DNA of 64,000 nt from Patescibacteria group bacterium (GTDB lineage Bacteria > Patescibacteriota > Saccharimonadia > Saccharimonadales > JANWIN01): the NCBI GenBank assembly GCA_035480855.1, contig DATIHJ010000019.1:16096-80095 (forward strand), in the 5' to 3' direction. Shown here in pieces: positions 18,528 to 27,723 of the stretch. A program made the position numbers and the translations under genes. The notes beneath the pieces were generated by a model. It was not told where the DNA came from, searched no databases, and saw only the letters and a list, made by a program, of their open reading frames with translations. The stretch's first letter is position 1. Each line of letters starts with the position of its first letter.

Positions 18528-19421
18528 ATGCAACCAAAACGAGTACGAAAAGCAGTAATAGCAGCCGCTGGCTTTGGTACTCGCATGCTTCCGCAGACCA
18601 AAGCTATGCCCAAGGAAATGTTGCCCCTTGTAGATAAACCTATTATTCAATATATCGTAGAAGATCTGGTGGCAGCCGGCATAGAAGACATCATAATTGT
18701 CACCGGTTATCACAAACGCTCAATTGAAGATCATTTTGACGCCATCAGTGCAGATTTGCGCGCAAACTTGGAGCAGGGTCACAAAGAAAAATTGCTTGAG
18801 GAAACCAACAAAATTTCAGAGCTAGCTAATTTTGCATATATCCGCCAAAAGGGACCATACGGTAGTGCCACGCCAATCATGAATGTAGCACCGCTAATTG
18901 GTGACGAACCATTTATATATACTTATGCCGACGATTTAATAACAGCCAACCCAAATAGATTCAAACAGATGATTGATCTTTACAATGAGCTTGGGGGCCC
19001 AATTGTGCCTTGTATAAAGGCTACACAAGACGAAGATTATGAACGTTATGGTATTTTGGACGGTGAAAGTATTCGTGATGGAGTCATAAAAATGAGCCAT
19101 TTGGTAGAGAAGCCCGGGCGTGCGAACGCTCCATCGGATTTGGCTAGTGTTAGCGGCTATCTCCTCACTCCAGATGTTTTTGACTACATTGAGCAAGGTA
19201 TAACCACATTAAAACCTGGTCAAGAATTTTACTTAACAACATATGTACTGGAGCCTATGATTGCTGCTGGCAAGTCTTTGTATGGCTGCACGCTAAAAGA
19301 CAGTGATTATTACGATACAGGCACAAAGCTAGGCTATCTCAAAACTGTCGTAGCCTATGCTTTGAAGCACCCAGATGTACAGGAGCAATTCAAAGACTAT
19401 CTTCATAAGCTAAACGGCTAA
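18528..19421 (+). CDS. galU: UTP-glucose-1-phosphate uridylyltransferase
   Basis: 297 aa with AAGFGTRMLPQTKAMPKEMLPLVDKP, the GalU signature. Confidence 0.9.
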   Translation: MQPKRVRKAVIAAAGFGTRMLPQTKAMPKEMLPLVDKPIIQYIVEDLVAAGIEDIIIVTGYHKRSIEDHFDAISADLRANLEQGHKEKLLEETNKISELANFAYIRQKGPYGSATPIMNVAPLIGDEPFIYTYADDLITANPNRFKQMIDLYNELGGPIVPCIKATQDEDYERYGILDGESIRDGVIKMSHLVEKPGRANAPSDLASVSGYLLTPDVFDYIEQGITTLKPGQEFYLTTYVLEPMIAAGKSLYGCTLKDSDYYDTGTKLGYLKTVVAYALKHPDVQEQFKDYLHKLNG

Positions 19422-19458
19422 GCTTGCCGCTACTAGGCACGTCGTATACACTGGAAGT

Positions 19459-19731
19459 ATGGATACAGCAGCAGCGGCACTTCTTATCGTTGTTTCTACT
19501 ACGCTTAGTGTCTTTCTAGTAGTCTGCATAATAGCAGTTATAAAAATTAACAAAATTTTAAGTGACGTGCACCACATTACCGAAAAGGCTTCACAAATTA
19601 CAGATAAAGCTGGGGCAGTCAGTGAATTCTTTCAGAAAAATAGCGTTCCTACTGCCATAATAAAAATAATATCTAACGTAGCAAATTCTTTCAAAGAGGG
19701 TAAGAAATCCAATAAGGAGGAAGAACTATGA
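19459..19731 (+). CDS. Small membrane-anchored protein (DUF948-like)
   Basis: 90 aa with an N-terminal TM helix and then a helical region. It overlaps the downstream YtxH gene by 4 nt. A DUF948/YtxH pairing is common in Gram-positive stress loci. Confidence 0.5.
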   Translation: MDTAAAALLIVVSTTLSVFLVVCIIAVIKINKILSDVHHITEKASQITDKAGAVSEFFQKNSVPTAIIKIISNVANSFKEGKKSNKEEEL

Positions 19732-20141
19732 AAAACGGCGCCAGAAGAATAGCTATTGGTGCAGTAATTGCTGCGGGAGCAGGATATTTGGCAGGTATAT
19801 TAACAGCGCCAAAAAGCGGCAAAGAAACACGTAAAGATATAGAAAAGACAGCTTTAAAGGCCAAGACAGATGCTGAGCGCAAACTAAAGGAAGTGTATAG
19901 TGAGTTATCAATTTTGTTAGATACTGCAGTTGTTGCGGCCAAAAAAGCCAAGACGGGAGCCCAAAAAGAATGGGTAAGCGGCGTTGCCTCAGCCCAACTT
20001 GCTAAAGAAAAAGCCCGGCAAATGCTTTCTGCTGTACACGAGGGTGGAGCTGACGACAAAGATTTACAAAAAGCCATAGATGATGTCAAAAAGGCTATCA
20101 AGCATCTCAAGACATTTGCTGAAAAAGACCCCGCTGCGTAG
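19728..20141 (+). CDS. YtxH domain protein
   Basis: 137 aa. The N-terminal GAVIAAGAGYLAGILTAPKSGKETRKD is the typical YtxH motif, followed by a helical region. Confidence 0.7.
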   Translation: MKNGARRIAIGAVIAAGAGYLAGILTAPKSGKETRKDIEKTALKAKTDAERKLKEVYSELSILLDTAVVAAKKAKTGAQKEWVSGVASAQLAKEKARQMLSAVHEGGADDKDLQKAIDDVKKAIKHLKTFAEKDPAA

Positions 20142-20243
20142 ATAGTATTGAATTAACCAGTAACTTCTCGTTGTAATTAACGATTCGACTGTTAGGGGGA
20201 GCTTATATTTATTACAATATAGCTAGTAGATAAGAGGGTATTT

Positions 20244-23200
20244 ATGGGAACAAAACAGCTGCAGCCTAGTGATTTTGTGCACCTGCACAATCATACTCAG
20301 TACAGTCTATTAGATGGCCTGTCAAAGGTACCCGATCTTATTGATACTGTTAAACAGCTGGAAATGAATGCTGTGGCTATGACAGATCACGGAACTCTCT
20401 CTGGGGTAATAGAATTTTATAAGACAGCTAAGGACCAAGACGTTCGGCCAGTTATTGGTATAGAAACCTATGTAGCTGCTCGAAAGCATACTGACAAGGA
20501 TCCCACAAAAGACAAAACACCCTTTCATCTCATTCTACTGGCCATGAATAGCAAGGGGTATCAAAATTTAATGCGGCTGAGCACCATAGCTCATCTAGAT
20601 GGTTTTTACTACAGACCTAGAATAGACCATGATTTGCTTGCAAAATATAACGAAGGCTTAATAGTGCTAAGCGCTTGTATTGGTGGTGAGGTTGGCGACG
20701 CACTGCGCCAGGGTCAATATGATCAGGCAAAGCAAATCGCAGAGTGGTATAAGTCAGTATTTGGCGATAGATATTATCTAGAAGTCCAGGACCATGGCCA
20801 TCCGGATCACCCTAGTGTCTGGCCAGAGCAGACAAATGTTAATAGTCAAATACTTAGGTTAGGCAAAGAACTCGGTATCCCCTGCGTAGTAACCTGCGAC
20901 GCTCACTATCTAAAGCAAGCAGATCAAGAAGCCCACGAAATATTGCTTTGCGTTCAAACTGGCTCTTTCCTCACAGACGAAAAGCGTATGAGCCTTAAAC
21001 AGTTCGAGCTACACCTAACCGACCCAAATGAGGTTATAAAGCGCTGGGGAAGTGACCACCCAGAGGTTATTTCAAACAGTTCAGACATTGCAGAGCGTTG
21101 TAAGGTAGAAATGGAACTGGGGAAAATTCTTATACCGAAATTCCAGGTACCTAAAGGTGAAACAGAACAAACCTATCTTGAAAAACTTGTGTATAGAGGT
21201 CTTGCCTGGCGATATGGAAAAAAATCAGAGCAAGCAGCTGCAAAACTAACTGAAGCCGAAGCTAAAAAAACTATATCAAAAGAGGTAGCTGGGCGGGCAA
21301 GGTATGAGCTAGATGTCATCAAAGAGATGGGCTTTAACGGATACTTTTTAATAATTGCAGATTTTGTAAATTGGGGTAAGAACGAGGGCATTGTATTTGG
21401 TCCGGGTAGAGGCAGTGCGGCGGGGTCTATCATTTCTTATGCACTTAAAATCACGGAACTTGATCCACTTCATTACGATCTTCTGTTTGAACGTTTCCTA
21501 AACCCAGATCGAATTAGTATGCCAGATATAGATATAGACATCCAAGATTCACGGCGCGATGAAGTTATCCAGTACTGTGTTAATAAATATGGCAAAGACA
21601 GAGTGGCCAATATTGTGACTTTTGGCCGAATGGCAGCACGTAATGCTGTACGTGACGTTGCACGCGTATTACAGGTACCTTATGCAGATGCAGATCGTAT
21701 GGCCAAAATGATACCCCAACCAGTTCAAGGCAGGCACATCCCGTTGGCTGATTCCATCAAAGACTCGCCAGAAGTACGTGACGAATACCAAACCAATGAC
21801 CAGTCTAAGCGTGTATTTGATTTAGCTGTTCAGCTGGAGGGCACTATTCGTTCTCATGGTGTTCACGCAGCTGGGGTGGTCATTGCGCCAGATGACATTG
21901 TAAAGTTTGTACCCCTTGAACTTGCCCAAAAGGGTGTTGTGGCTACGCAGTACTCGATGGGCCCAATTGAAGACCTTGGACTTCTAAAGATTGATTTTCT
22001 GGGTTTGTCTAACCTGACCATTATCAAAAATGCTCTTAGAATTATCAAAAGAGTTTATGGCAAAGATATAGATACCGGGCATTTGCCGCTTGATGATGCC
22101 AAAACCTTTGAGCTTCTTCAGAGGGGAGACACTACAGGAGTCTTCCAGTTCGAATCCGCTGGCATGAAGCGCTACCTAAAGGGCCTCGAGCCGACAGTGT
22201 TTGAAGACATCGTTGCTATGGGCGCTTTGTATAGACCAGGGCCAATGCAGTGGATAGATACATTTATTGCCCGCAAACACGGTAAGGGCGAAACCACCTA
22301 TATACATAAGGCAATGGAGCCGGCACTGAGAAACACTTATGGCGTGATCGTCTACCAAGAGCAGGTCATGCAGATCTCTAAAGATTTGTCTGGTTTTAGC
22401 GGAGGACAGGCGGATACTTTGCGAAAGGCCATTGGCAAAAAAATTCCAGCTGTTTTGGCTAAGCTAAAAGATGAATTCATTGACGGTGCAATTAAGACAG
22501 TTGGCGCTGACAGAAAATCTATGGAAAAGTTCTGGAAACAGCTCGAGGCCTTTGCAGCCTACGCCTTTCCAAAAGCCCATGCTGCATGTTATGCCCTAAT
22601 CTCCTACCAAACTGCATATCTAAAGGCTAATTATCCTTCTGCTTACATGGCTGCGCTAATGACCAGTGACTTTGACAATACAGATAGGTTAACAATAGAA
22701 ATAAATGAATGCGTGCATATGGGTATAGAAGTCCTACCCCCAGATGTGAACGAATCGTTTGTGGAGTTTGCAGTTGTGCCAGATACTGGTCAGATCCGGT
22801 TTGGGCTTAGCGCCGTGAAAAACGTGGGCACGGGTGCTGTCGAAGAAATTTTGCGAGCTCGTAGTGACGGCCTCTTTGCCAATTTAGAAGATTTTCTGAG
22901 CCGGGTAAGTGTGAGGCTGGTAAATCGAAAGACAATAGAGAGCTTGGTAAAGTCAGGAGCGCTAGACAATTTTGGTGATCGCAGCCTGCTGATGCACAAC
23001 CTTGATAACCTTCAAGCCTACTCAGCCCATGTGCAAAAACAACGCCAGAGCGGCCAAACAGATCTTTTTGGAGAACTATCACTAACGGATGGCAGTATGT
23101 CACACAAGTTATCCTTAGATAATTCAGGCGAACCCTACCCCAAGCGCGAACAACTGCAGTGGGAAAGGGAACTACTTGGGGTATATTTGTCTGAGCACCC

Positions 23201-23858
23201 ATTAGAGCAATACCAGAGCGCTTTGCGTGCTCAAGCCGCGCCGCTTGAAAGTCTCACTAAGTCTATGGAAGGTAAGAAAGTAAAGATAGGTGGCCTTGTA
23301 ACAACCATTCGGGAGATTACTACCAAAAACGGACAACGAATGGCGTTTGTGCAGCTTAGTGACGGCAATACACAAATTGAATTAGTTCTATTTCCGGGAG
23401 TCTACGAAAAAGCAGGTAATTTATGGAAGGCCGATAATGTTCTATTAGTGAGCGGCAAGGTAAGTACCCGAGGCAAGGATGGAACTAATGGCGATGAATT
23501 AAAGATTATTGTGGACGACGCCAAAGAGCTTTCGTCTGAAGACGCAGCCCTGCCACACTCAAACGCACCTAATAAAGTAAAAGATAAGAGAAAATCAAAA
23601 GCGCAAGAACCAGTTAAGCAAGAAGAACAGGCTAACGAGAGAGTTTATATTCGTCTACCAAACGGTGAAGATCAAGACACACTGATGTCTCTAAAGCAAA
23701 CAATAGACAGTCATCAAGGAGAGACTGAAGTAGTATTAGTACTCGGAGATGAAGACACCAAGCAGATTATCAAGCTCCCCATGAGGATCCACAACAACAA
23801 AAAAAGCCTTAAGCAGTTACATTCTCTCGTGGGATCAAAAAACGTAAAAGTCCAGTAG
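20244..23858 (+). CDS. dnaE: DNA polymerase III alpha subunit
   Basis: 1204 aa with an N-terminal PHP domain (FVHLHNHTQYSLLDG), the palm motif PDIDIDI, an HhH, an OB fold and a C-terminal domain. Confidence 0.96.
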   Translation: MGTKQLQPSDFVHLHNHTQYSLLDGLSKVPDLIDTVKQLEMNAVAMTDHGTLSGVIEFYKTAKDQDVRPVIGIETYVAARKHTDKDPTKDKTPFHLILLAMNSKGYQNLMRLSTIAHLDGFYYRPRIDHDLLAKYNEGLIVLSACIGGEVGDALRQGQYDQAKQIAEWYKSVFGDRYYLEVQDHGHPDHPSVWPEQTNVNSQILRLGKELGIPCVVTCDAHYLKQADQEAHEILLCVQTGSFLTDEKRMSLKQFELHLTDPNEVIKRWGSDHPEVISNSSDIAERCKVEMELGKILIPKFQVPKGETEQTYLEKLVYRGLAWRYGKKSEQAAAKLTEAEAKKTISKEVAGRARYELDVIKEMGFNGYFLIIADFVNWGKNEGIVFGPGRGSAAGSIISYALKITELDPLHYDLLFERFLNPDRISMPDIDIDIQDSRRDEVIQYCVNKYGKDRVANIVTFGRMAARNAVRDVARVLQVPYADADRMAKMIPQPVQGRHIPLADSIKDSPEVRDEYQTNDQSKRVFDLAVQLEGTIRSHGVHAAGVVIAPDDIVKFVPLELAQKGVVATQYSMGPIEDLGLLKIDFLGLSNLTIIKNALRIIKRVYGKDIDTGHLPLDDAKTFELLQRGDTTGVFQFESAGMKRYLKGLEPTVFEDIVAMGALYRPGPMQWIDTFIARKHGKGETTYIHKAMEPALRNTYGVIVYQEQVMQISKDLSGFSGGQADTLRKAIGKKIPAVLAKLKDEFIDGAIKTVGADRKSMEKFWKQLEAFAAYAFPKAHAACYALISYQTAYLKANYPSAYMAALMTSDFDNTDRLTIEINECVHMGIEVLPPDVNESFVEFAVVPDTGQIRFGLSAVKNVGTGAVEEILRARSDGLFANLEDFLSRVSVRLVNRKTIESLVKSGALDNFGDRSLLMHNLDNLQAYSAHVQKQRQSGQTDLFGELSLTDGSMSHKLSLDNSGEPYPKREQLQWERELLGVYLSEHPLEQYQSALRAQAAPLESLTKSMEGKKVKIGGLVTTIREITTKNGQRMAFVQLSDGNTQIELVLFPGVYEKAGNLWKADNVLLVSGKVSTRGKDGTNGDELKIIVDDAKELSSEDAALPHSNAPNKVKDKRKSKAQEPVKQEEQANERVYIRLPNGEDQDTLMSLKQTIDSHQGETEVVLVLGDEDTKQIIKLPMRIHNNKKSLKQLHSLVGSKNVKVQ

Positions 23859-24866
23859 TTAACGAATAAAACCAGCAGTATGAGATATTACTAAGCTTAG
23901 CCAAATTAGGCTGACAATCGTTACGTCAAAGACCATGTGGTGAAGTACATAACGTTCGCCTTTGAGTAAGGTTTTACGTAGAGCTAATCCATGTCTGAGA
24001 ATAAGAGCTGCTACACCAGCAATAGTGATTATAGAAACAAATGATGCTACCCAAGGGGCGCTACCTTTTGTTAGTGTTGCCAACCGGGATACACGCTGCG
24101 TAGAAGGCTCTTTGACTGCTGACTGGGCCACGGTCGAAGGTTTGCTGGTGGCTACTGCGGGCTTTGGTGGTGCCGCCTGGGGTGTAGGTGCATCCTCTGG
24201 AGCAAGTGTTGGAGCTGGTGCAGGAGCAGCGGCTTTTGGCGCCGGTGGTGCTGCGGTTGCGGCTGGAGCGGGCACTACAAGCGGCGAAGCATATTCAGCT
24301 ACAACTACTGTCTCCGGGCCACTTCCATTAAAGTCTGGCGAGTTTGCAAAACCAAAGCCCACATCGCTGTACCCCGTGCCTAGTAAGTTAGCCTTATGCT
24401 CAGGGCTGTTCATCCAGCCAGCAATAGTATCCGCGCTAGTAGAAAATCCATAGGCCAGGTTTTCTCCGGCAGATTTGTATTGGTATCCAGCATTTGTAAT
24501 AAATACCCAAGGGGGGCTGCCATCAGGCGTATTATGCGACCAATAGTTGCGAGCAACCATGTCGTTTGCTTTGGCTTGAGCAGCGCTGTCTAGCTGGCTA
24601 TTTAGGTTCAAATTTGCGACTCCATTAGCTGCACGTTGTTGGTTGGTTCCAGATAGTAAGTCACTAACGCTCATACTACTGGCATAAGCTAATACACCAT
24701 TATGGGAGGTTCGCGGTTGCCAATAGCTACTAAACGCTAAACCAAAGCCAACTATCATTAACAAAGGAATATACGGAGAATAGACACGCAGGAAAGGCCT
24801 GGTGCGTTTTTGGTGGTAACCGTGTCTTTTATGTTGGTGTTTGGCGGGTCGCGCCCGGGAAACCAT
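23859..24866 (-). CDS. Membrane-anchored CAP/SCP (YkwD-like) domain protein
   Basis: 335 aa. The layout is a basic N-terminus plus TM, a CAP domain (NYWSHNTPDG ... GENLAYGF ... WMNSPEHKANLL), a Pro/Ala-rich linker and C-terminal hydrophobic segments. Confidence 0.7.
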   Translation of the reverse strand: MVSRARPAKHQHKRHGYHQKRTRPFLRVYSPYIPLLMIVGFGLAFSSYWQPRTSHNGVLAYASSMSVSDLLSGTNQQRAANGVANLNLNSQLDSAAQAKANDMVARNYWSHNTPDGSPPWVFITNAGYQYKSAGENLAYGFSTSADTIAGWMNSPEHKANLLGTGYSDVGFGFANSPDFNGSGPETVVVAEYASPLVVPAPAATAAPPAPKAAAPAPAPTLAPEDAPTPQAAPPKPAVATSKPSTVAQSAVKEPSTQRVSRLATLTKGSAPWVASFVSIITIAGVAALILRHGLALRKTLLKGERYVLHHMVFDVTIVSLIWLSLVISHTAGFIR

Positions 24867-24883
24867 AACCTCTATACTCTAAC

Positions 24884-25399
24884 CTATTTCACAGAATCGT
24901 GCAATGCAAGATATCTAAAATGGTATAGCGCCATGGCCGCAGCCTGTACGACGTTAAAAGATTCCTTGTCTCCTAACATAGGAATCTCTACTACAGAGTC
25001 CACTGACCCTAGAACTTCTACTTCAAGACCTTCAACCTCTCGCCCGATTACCAGAGCAATATTGTTTGCGGTATTAAATCTGGGTAGAGGATGGGACTCA
25101 TTAGACTGTTCAAGTGCATAAATTGTATATTTCTGGGAGCGAAGATCATTAAAAACTTTTTGGATATCATCACTGTGCACAATACTCAATGACTTTTCTG
25201 CGCCCAGAGCAGTTTTATGTATCTGTGCATCTAGCTTTTTGGCCAAGTGTGGAAGGCGCGTATCATCCGCTAATATAGGGTAGGGCGTGTAGCCAGTTAG
25301 ATATACGTGCTCTGCACCTAAACCATCGGCAGTACGAAGTAGTGAACCAACATTATGGGCACTGCGTAGATTATGCGCAACGAGTACAATCCTTCTCAC
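24884..25399 (-). CDS. SpoU/TrmH-family RNA 2'-O-methyltransferase
   Basis: 171 aa with a GTG start. It has NLRSAHNVGSLLRTADG, LVIGREVEG and SFNVVQAAAMALY, the SPOUT motifs. Confidence 0.85.
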   Translation of the reverse strand: MRRIVLVAHNLRSAHNVGSLLRTADGLGAEHVYLTGYTPYPILADDTRLPHLAKKLDAQIHKTALGAEKSLSIVHSDDIQKVFNDLRSQKYTIYALEQSNESHPLPRFNTANNIALVIGREVEGLEVEVLGSVDSVVEIPMLGDKESFNVVQAAAMALYHFRYLALHDSVK

Positions 25400-25405
25400 A
25401 AAGCA

Positions 25406-25414
25406 AGTCTATCA
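25406..25414 (-). promoter_or_regulatory. Extended -10 box (TGATAGACT on the minus strand) 6 nt upstream of the trmH-family GTG start
   Basis: The reverse complement of 25406-25414 reads TGATAGACT, and the GTG start codon ends at 25399. Confidence 0.4.
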
Positions 25415-25450
25415 CAGCATCTAATAGACTAGGCGCTCGGCGCTTGCTTA

Positions 25451-25459
25451 TGCTTAAAT
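25451..25459 (+). promoter_or_regulatory. Extended -10 box (TGCTTAAAT) 6 nt upstream of the pilB/gspE ATG
   Basis: TTAAAT lies at 25454-25459 and the ATG at 25466. There is no Shine-Dalgarno. Confidence 0.4.
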
Positions 25460-25465
25460 ATAGGC

Positions 25466-27064
25466 ATGAGTCAAGACGCTCGCCTCGATGAAGAGCAGGC
25501 AACTGCCAGGCGTGCCCGTATTTTGGGCATGAACTTTATTGATACCTCACAGCTAGTAGATAAAACCTTGCACAAAGAAATATTAGCGGTTCCAGAATTA
25601 TACCGGTTGAGGGTAATACCAATTCAGGCCGATCCGCATAATATTACTTTTGGGATTACTACCACTACATCTCAGCAAACTATGACTAATTTGCGTCAGC
25701 GTTTTCAAGACCAACAGATTAACTACGCATTAATTTCTGACAATGGCTTCCGTGATTATATGCGACTATATGATCCCCCTAAAAAGGTGGTTTACAGTGA
25801 CATTCAGATTAGCGGGGGTTCTGATGACATAGTCAAGCAAGTATCAGCTATATTAGATCAAGTCCGGGCAGACGATATGCTGGCATATCTAGTTCAGCAA
25901 GCCCATAAACTCAATGCATCTGATATACACGTAGAAAATCAGAAAGAGAATGTACGAATTCGCTTTCGTATAGATGGTGTGTTGCACATGGTGGCCCGTC
26001 TCACGCATGAGAAAACTCGAATGCTAATAGCCGCCATTGCTAGTGCAGGCAATATTTCTACTTCTTCTACAGAGGCCCAGCAGGGGCATATCGCCCAAAA
26101 AGTTCGTATGGTAGAAGGTACGGAAGTGGATATTAATTTGCGTGTAGAAGCTGTTCCCGCAATAAACGGTATGGACATCGTCATGCGCTTATTTAACCTG
26201 GACCCTAGCATGTTTACGCTTGACAGGCTGGGTCTTTCTGCAGACGAGCGAAAGGTAGTGGACGCAATTATAAGTAAGCCCAGTGGGCTCCTGCTAGCAG
26301 TTGGACCGACCGGCTCTGGCAAGACCACTACCCTTTATTCAGTTCTTAACTCGCTAAAAAGCGAGGAGCGAAAAATCATCACAATTGAAGACCCTGTGGA
26401 ATATCAGTTTGATGGTATTACACAAATTTCCGTCGCAACGCAGGATGGTGGGCAGGCTAACTTTGCAGAGAAACTCCGGGCTGTGCTGCGGCTAGACCCA
26501 GACATTGTTATGGTAGGTGAGATACGCGACATGGACACTGCGAAGACAGCTCTACAGGCTTCGCTAACTGGACACTTAGTATTGTCTACTTTCCATGCGG
26601 CGACGGCGTCTGCGGCTTTGACACGTCTTATGGACATCATTAACGAAAACCCGCTATTTGTTTCTGCAATCCGGTTGATTATGGCCCAGCGGCTTGTGCG
26701 GCGTTTAGACGACAAACTAAAACAAGCCTATAAGCCAGATGAAGTTACGCTTGCTACTGTTCGCAAAGTTATAGATTCCCTACCACCTGGAGTCCAAAAA
26801 CCTGATCTTACAAACGCACAATTGTATAAACCTGGCACTTCACCCGAGAATCCATTTGGCTATAGTGGCCAGTTAGCTCTGCGTGAGCAGTTTACTGTTA
26901 CAGGCGAAATTGAGCTCCTACTACGTAGTGGTAAGAAGTTTACTACTGATGATATCGAGGCAGCGGCTGTAAAAGGTGGTATGACTACCATGTTGCAAGA
27001 CGGTATACTCAAAGCCCTTGCTGGCCAAACAACTCTAGAAGAAATCTACCGGGTAGTCGGCTAG
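25466..27064 (+). CDS. Type IV pilus / type II secretion assembly ATPase (PilB/GspE family)
   Basis: 532 aa with an N-terminal T2SSE_N-like domain, Walker A GPTGSGKTTT, the Asp box, Walker B (IVMVGEIRD) and the His box (TGHLVLSTFH). Confidence 0.88.
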   Translation: MSQDARLDEEQATARRARILGMNFIDTSQLVDKTLHKEILAVPELYRLRVIPIQADPHNITFGITTTTSQQTMTNLRQRFQDQQINYALISDNGFRDYMRLYDPPKKVVYSDIQISGGSDDIVKQVSAILDQVRADDMLAYLVQQAHKLNASDIHVENQKENVRIRFRIDGVLHMVARLTHEKTRMLIAAIASAGNISTSSTEAQQGHIAQKVRMVEGTEVDINLRVEAVPAINGMDIVMRLFNLDPSMFTLDRLGLSADERKVVDAIISKPSGLLLAVGPTGSGKTTTLYSVLNSLKSEERKIITIEDPVEYQFDGITQISVATQDGGQANFAEKLRAVLRLDPDIVMVGEIRDMDTAKTALQASLTGHLVLSTFHAATASAALTRLMDIINENPLFVSAIRLIMAQRLVRRLDDKLKQAYKPDEVTLATVRKVIDSLPPGVQKPDLTNAQLYKPGTSPENPFGYSGQLALREQFTVTGEIELLLRSGKKFTTDDIEAAAVKGGMTTMLQDGILKALAGQTTLEEIYRVVG

Positions 27065-27072
27065 TACGGGTG

Positions 27073-27101
27073 TTGACCCCAGAGGTAAATCAGTGTAGTA
27101 T
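27073..27101 (+). promoter_or_regulatory. rplS promoter (TTGACC-17 nt-TAGTAT), start codon 9 nt downstream
   Basis: TTGACC at 27073-27078, TAGTAT at 27096-27101 and the ATG at 27111. There is no Shine-Dalgarno. Confidence 0.5.
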
Positions 27102-27110
27102 TAACAGATT

Positions 27111-27662
27111 ATGCCATCTGTTATTCAAGAAATTGAGGCCAAGTATAAAAAGCGCCAAGTTGTAGACGTCATGCCTGGTGATACCGTGCGTGTTCACCAA
27201 AAGATCCGCGAAGGCAGCAAAGAACGTGTGCAGATTTTTGAGGGTCTTGTCATCCGTGCTAGCCGCAAAAACAGCCATACTTCATCTATTACCGTGCGCA
27301 GGATTGCCAGTGGCGTGGGAGTAGAAAAGGTGTACCTGCTACATTCACCTCTTGTCCTCAAGGTAGAAGTCACAAAAAGAAGCAAAGTCCGTCGCAATTA
27401 TCTTACCTACATGCGTGCCCGTACTGGCAAGTCTGCTCGACTAAGTGGTGTTACATTTGACCGCGACGCCGTAAACGAAATTCATGACGAACAGGCAGAG
27501 GCCGAAGAGGAAAAGCTTAAGGAAGAGACAGCAAAACTAGCAGAGGCTGATGCCGCTAAAAAGGCAGAGGAAGACGCAAAGCTAGAGGCCAAAGCCGAAG
27601 CAGCCCTAGCCCAACATGAAGACTCAAAAGCGCCAGAAGAAGCAAAACCCGCCAAAGAGTAG
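27111..27662 (+). CDS. rplS: 50S ribosomal protein L19 with a C-terminal charged extension
   Basis: 183 aa. The L19 core (VMPGDTVRVH ... ERVQIFEGLVI ... TVRR) is followed by about 65 aa of A/E/K-rich tail. Confidence 0.92.
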   Translation: MPSVIQEIEAKYKKRQVVDVMPGDTVRVHQKIREGSKERVQIFEGLVIRASRKNSHTSSITVRRIASGVGVEKVYLLHSPLVLKVEVTKRSKVRRNYLTYMRARTGKSARLSGVTFDRDAVNEIHDEQAEAEEEKLKEETAKLAEADAAKKAEEDAKLEAKAEAALAQHEDSKAPEEAKPAKE

Positions 27663-27681
27663 ATCAATAATTTGAATAATT

Positions 27682-27709
27682 AAACCGTCTAATATCTAGG
27701 CGGTTTTTT
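27682..27709 (+). terminator. Rho-independent terminator after rplS
   Basis: The 10-bp stem AAACCGTCTA/TAGGCGGTTT (one G-U pair) has a 5-nt loop and is followed by TTTTTT. Confidence 0.8.
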
Positions 27710-27717
27710 GATATCAT
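27709..27717 (+). promoter_or_regulatory. Extended -10 box (TGATATCAT) 6 nt upstream of the rnhB GTG start
   Basis: TATCAT lies at 27712-27717 and the GTG at 27724. Confidence 0.4.
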
Positions 27718-27723
27718 ACAAGT

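Noticed and set aside
19691-20110. 139-aa ORF on the minus strand
   Set aside because: It is antisense to the YtxH gene, whose plus-strand translation carries the diagnostic YtxH motif. The antisense product is low-complexity.
23962-24453. 163-aa Ala/Gly-rich ORF on the plus strand
   Set aside because: It is antisense to the Pro/Ala-rich linker of the CAP-domain gene. The low-complexity translation is a mirror artefact of GC-rich PA codons.
27480-27660. Repetitive GAA/GCA/AAG-rich DNA that might look like a tandem repeat array
   Set aside because: It is in frame with rplS and encodes a charged low-complexity tail. It has no unit periodicity or spacer structure, so it is not a CRISPR or satellite repeat.
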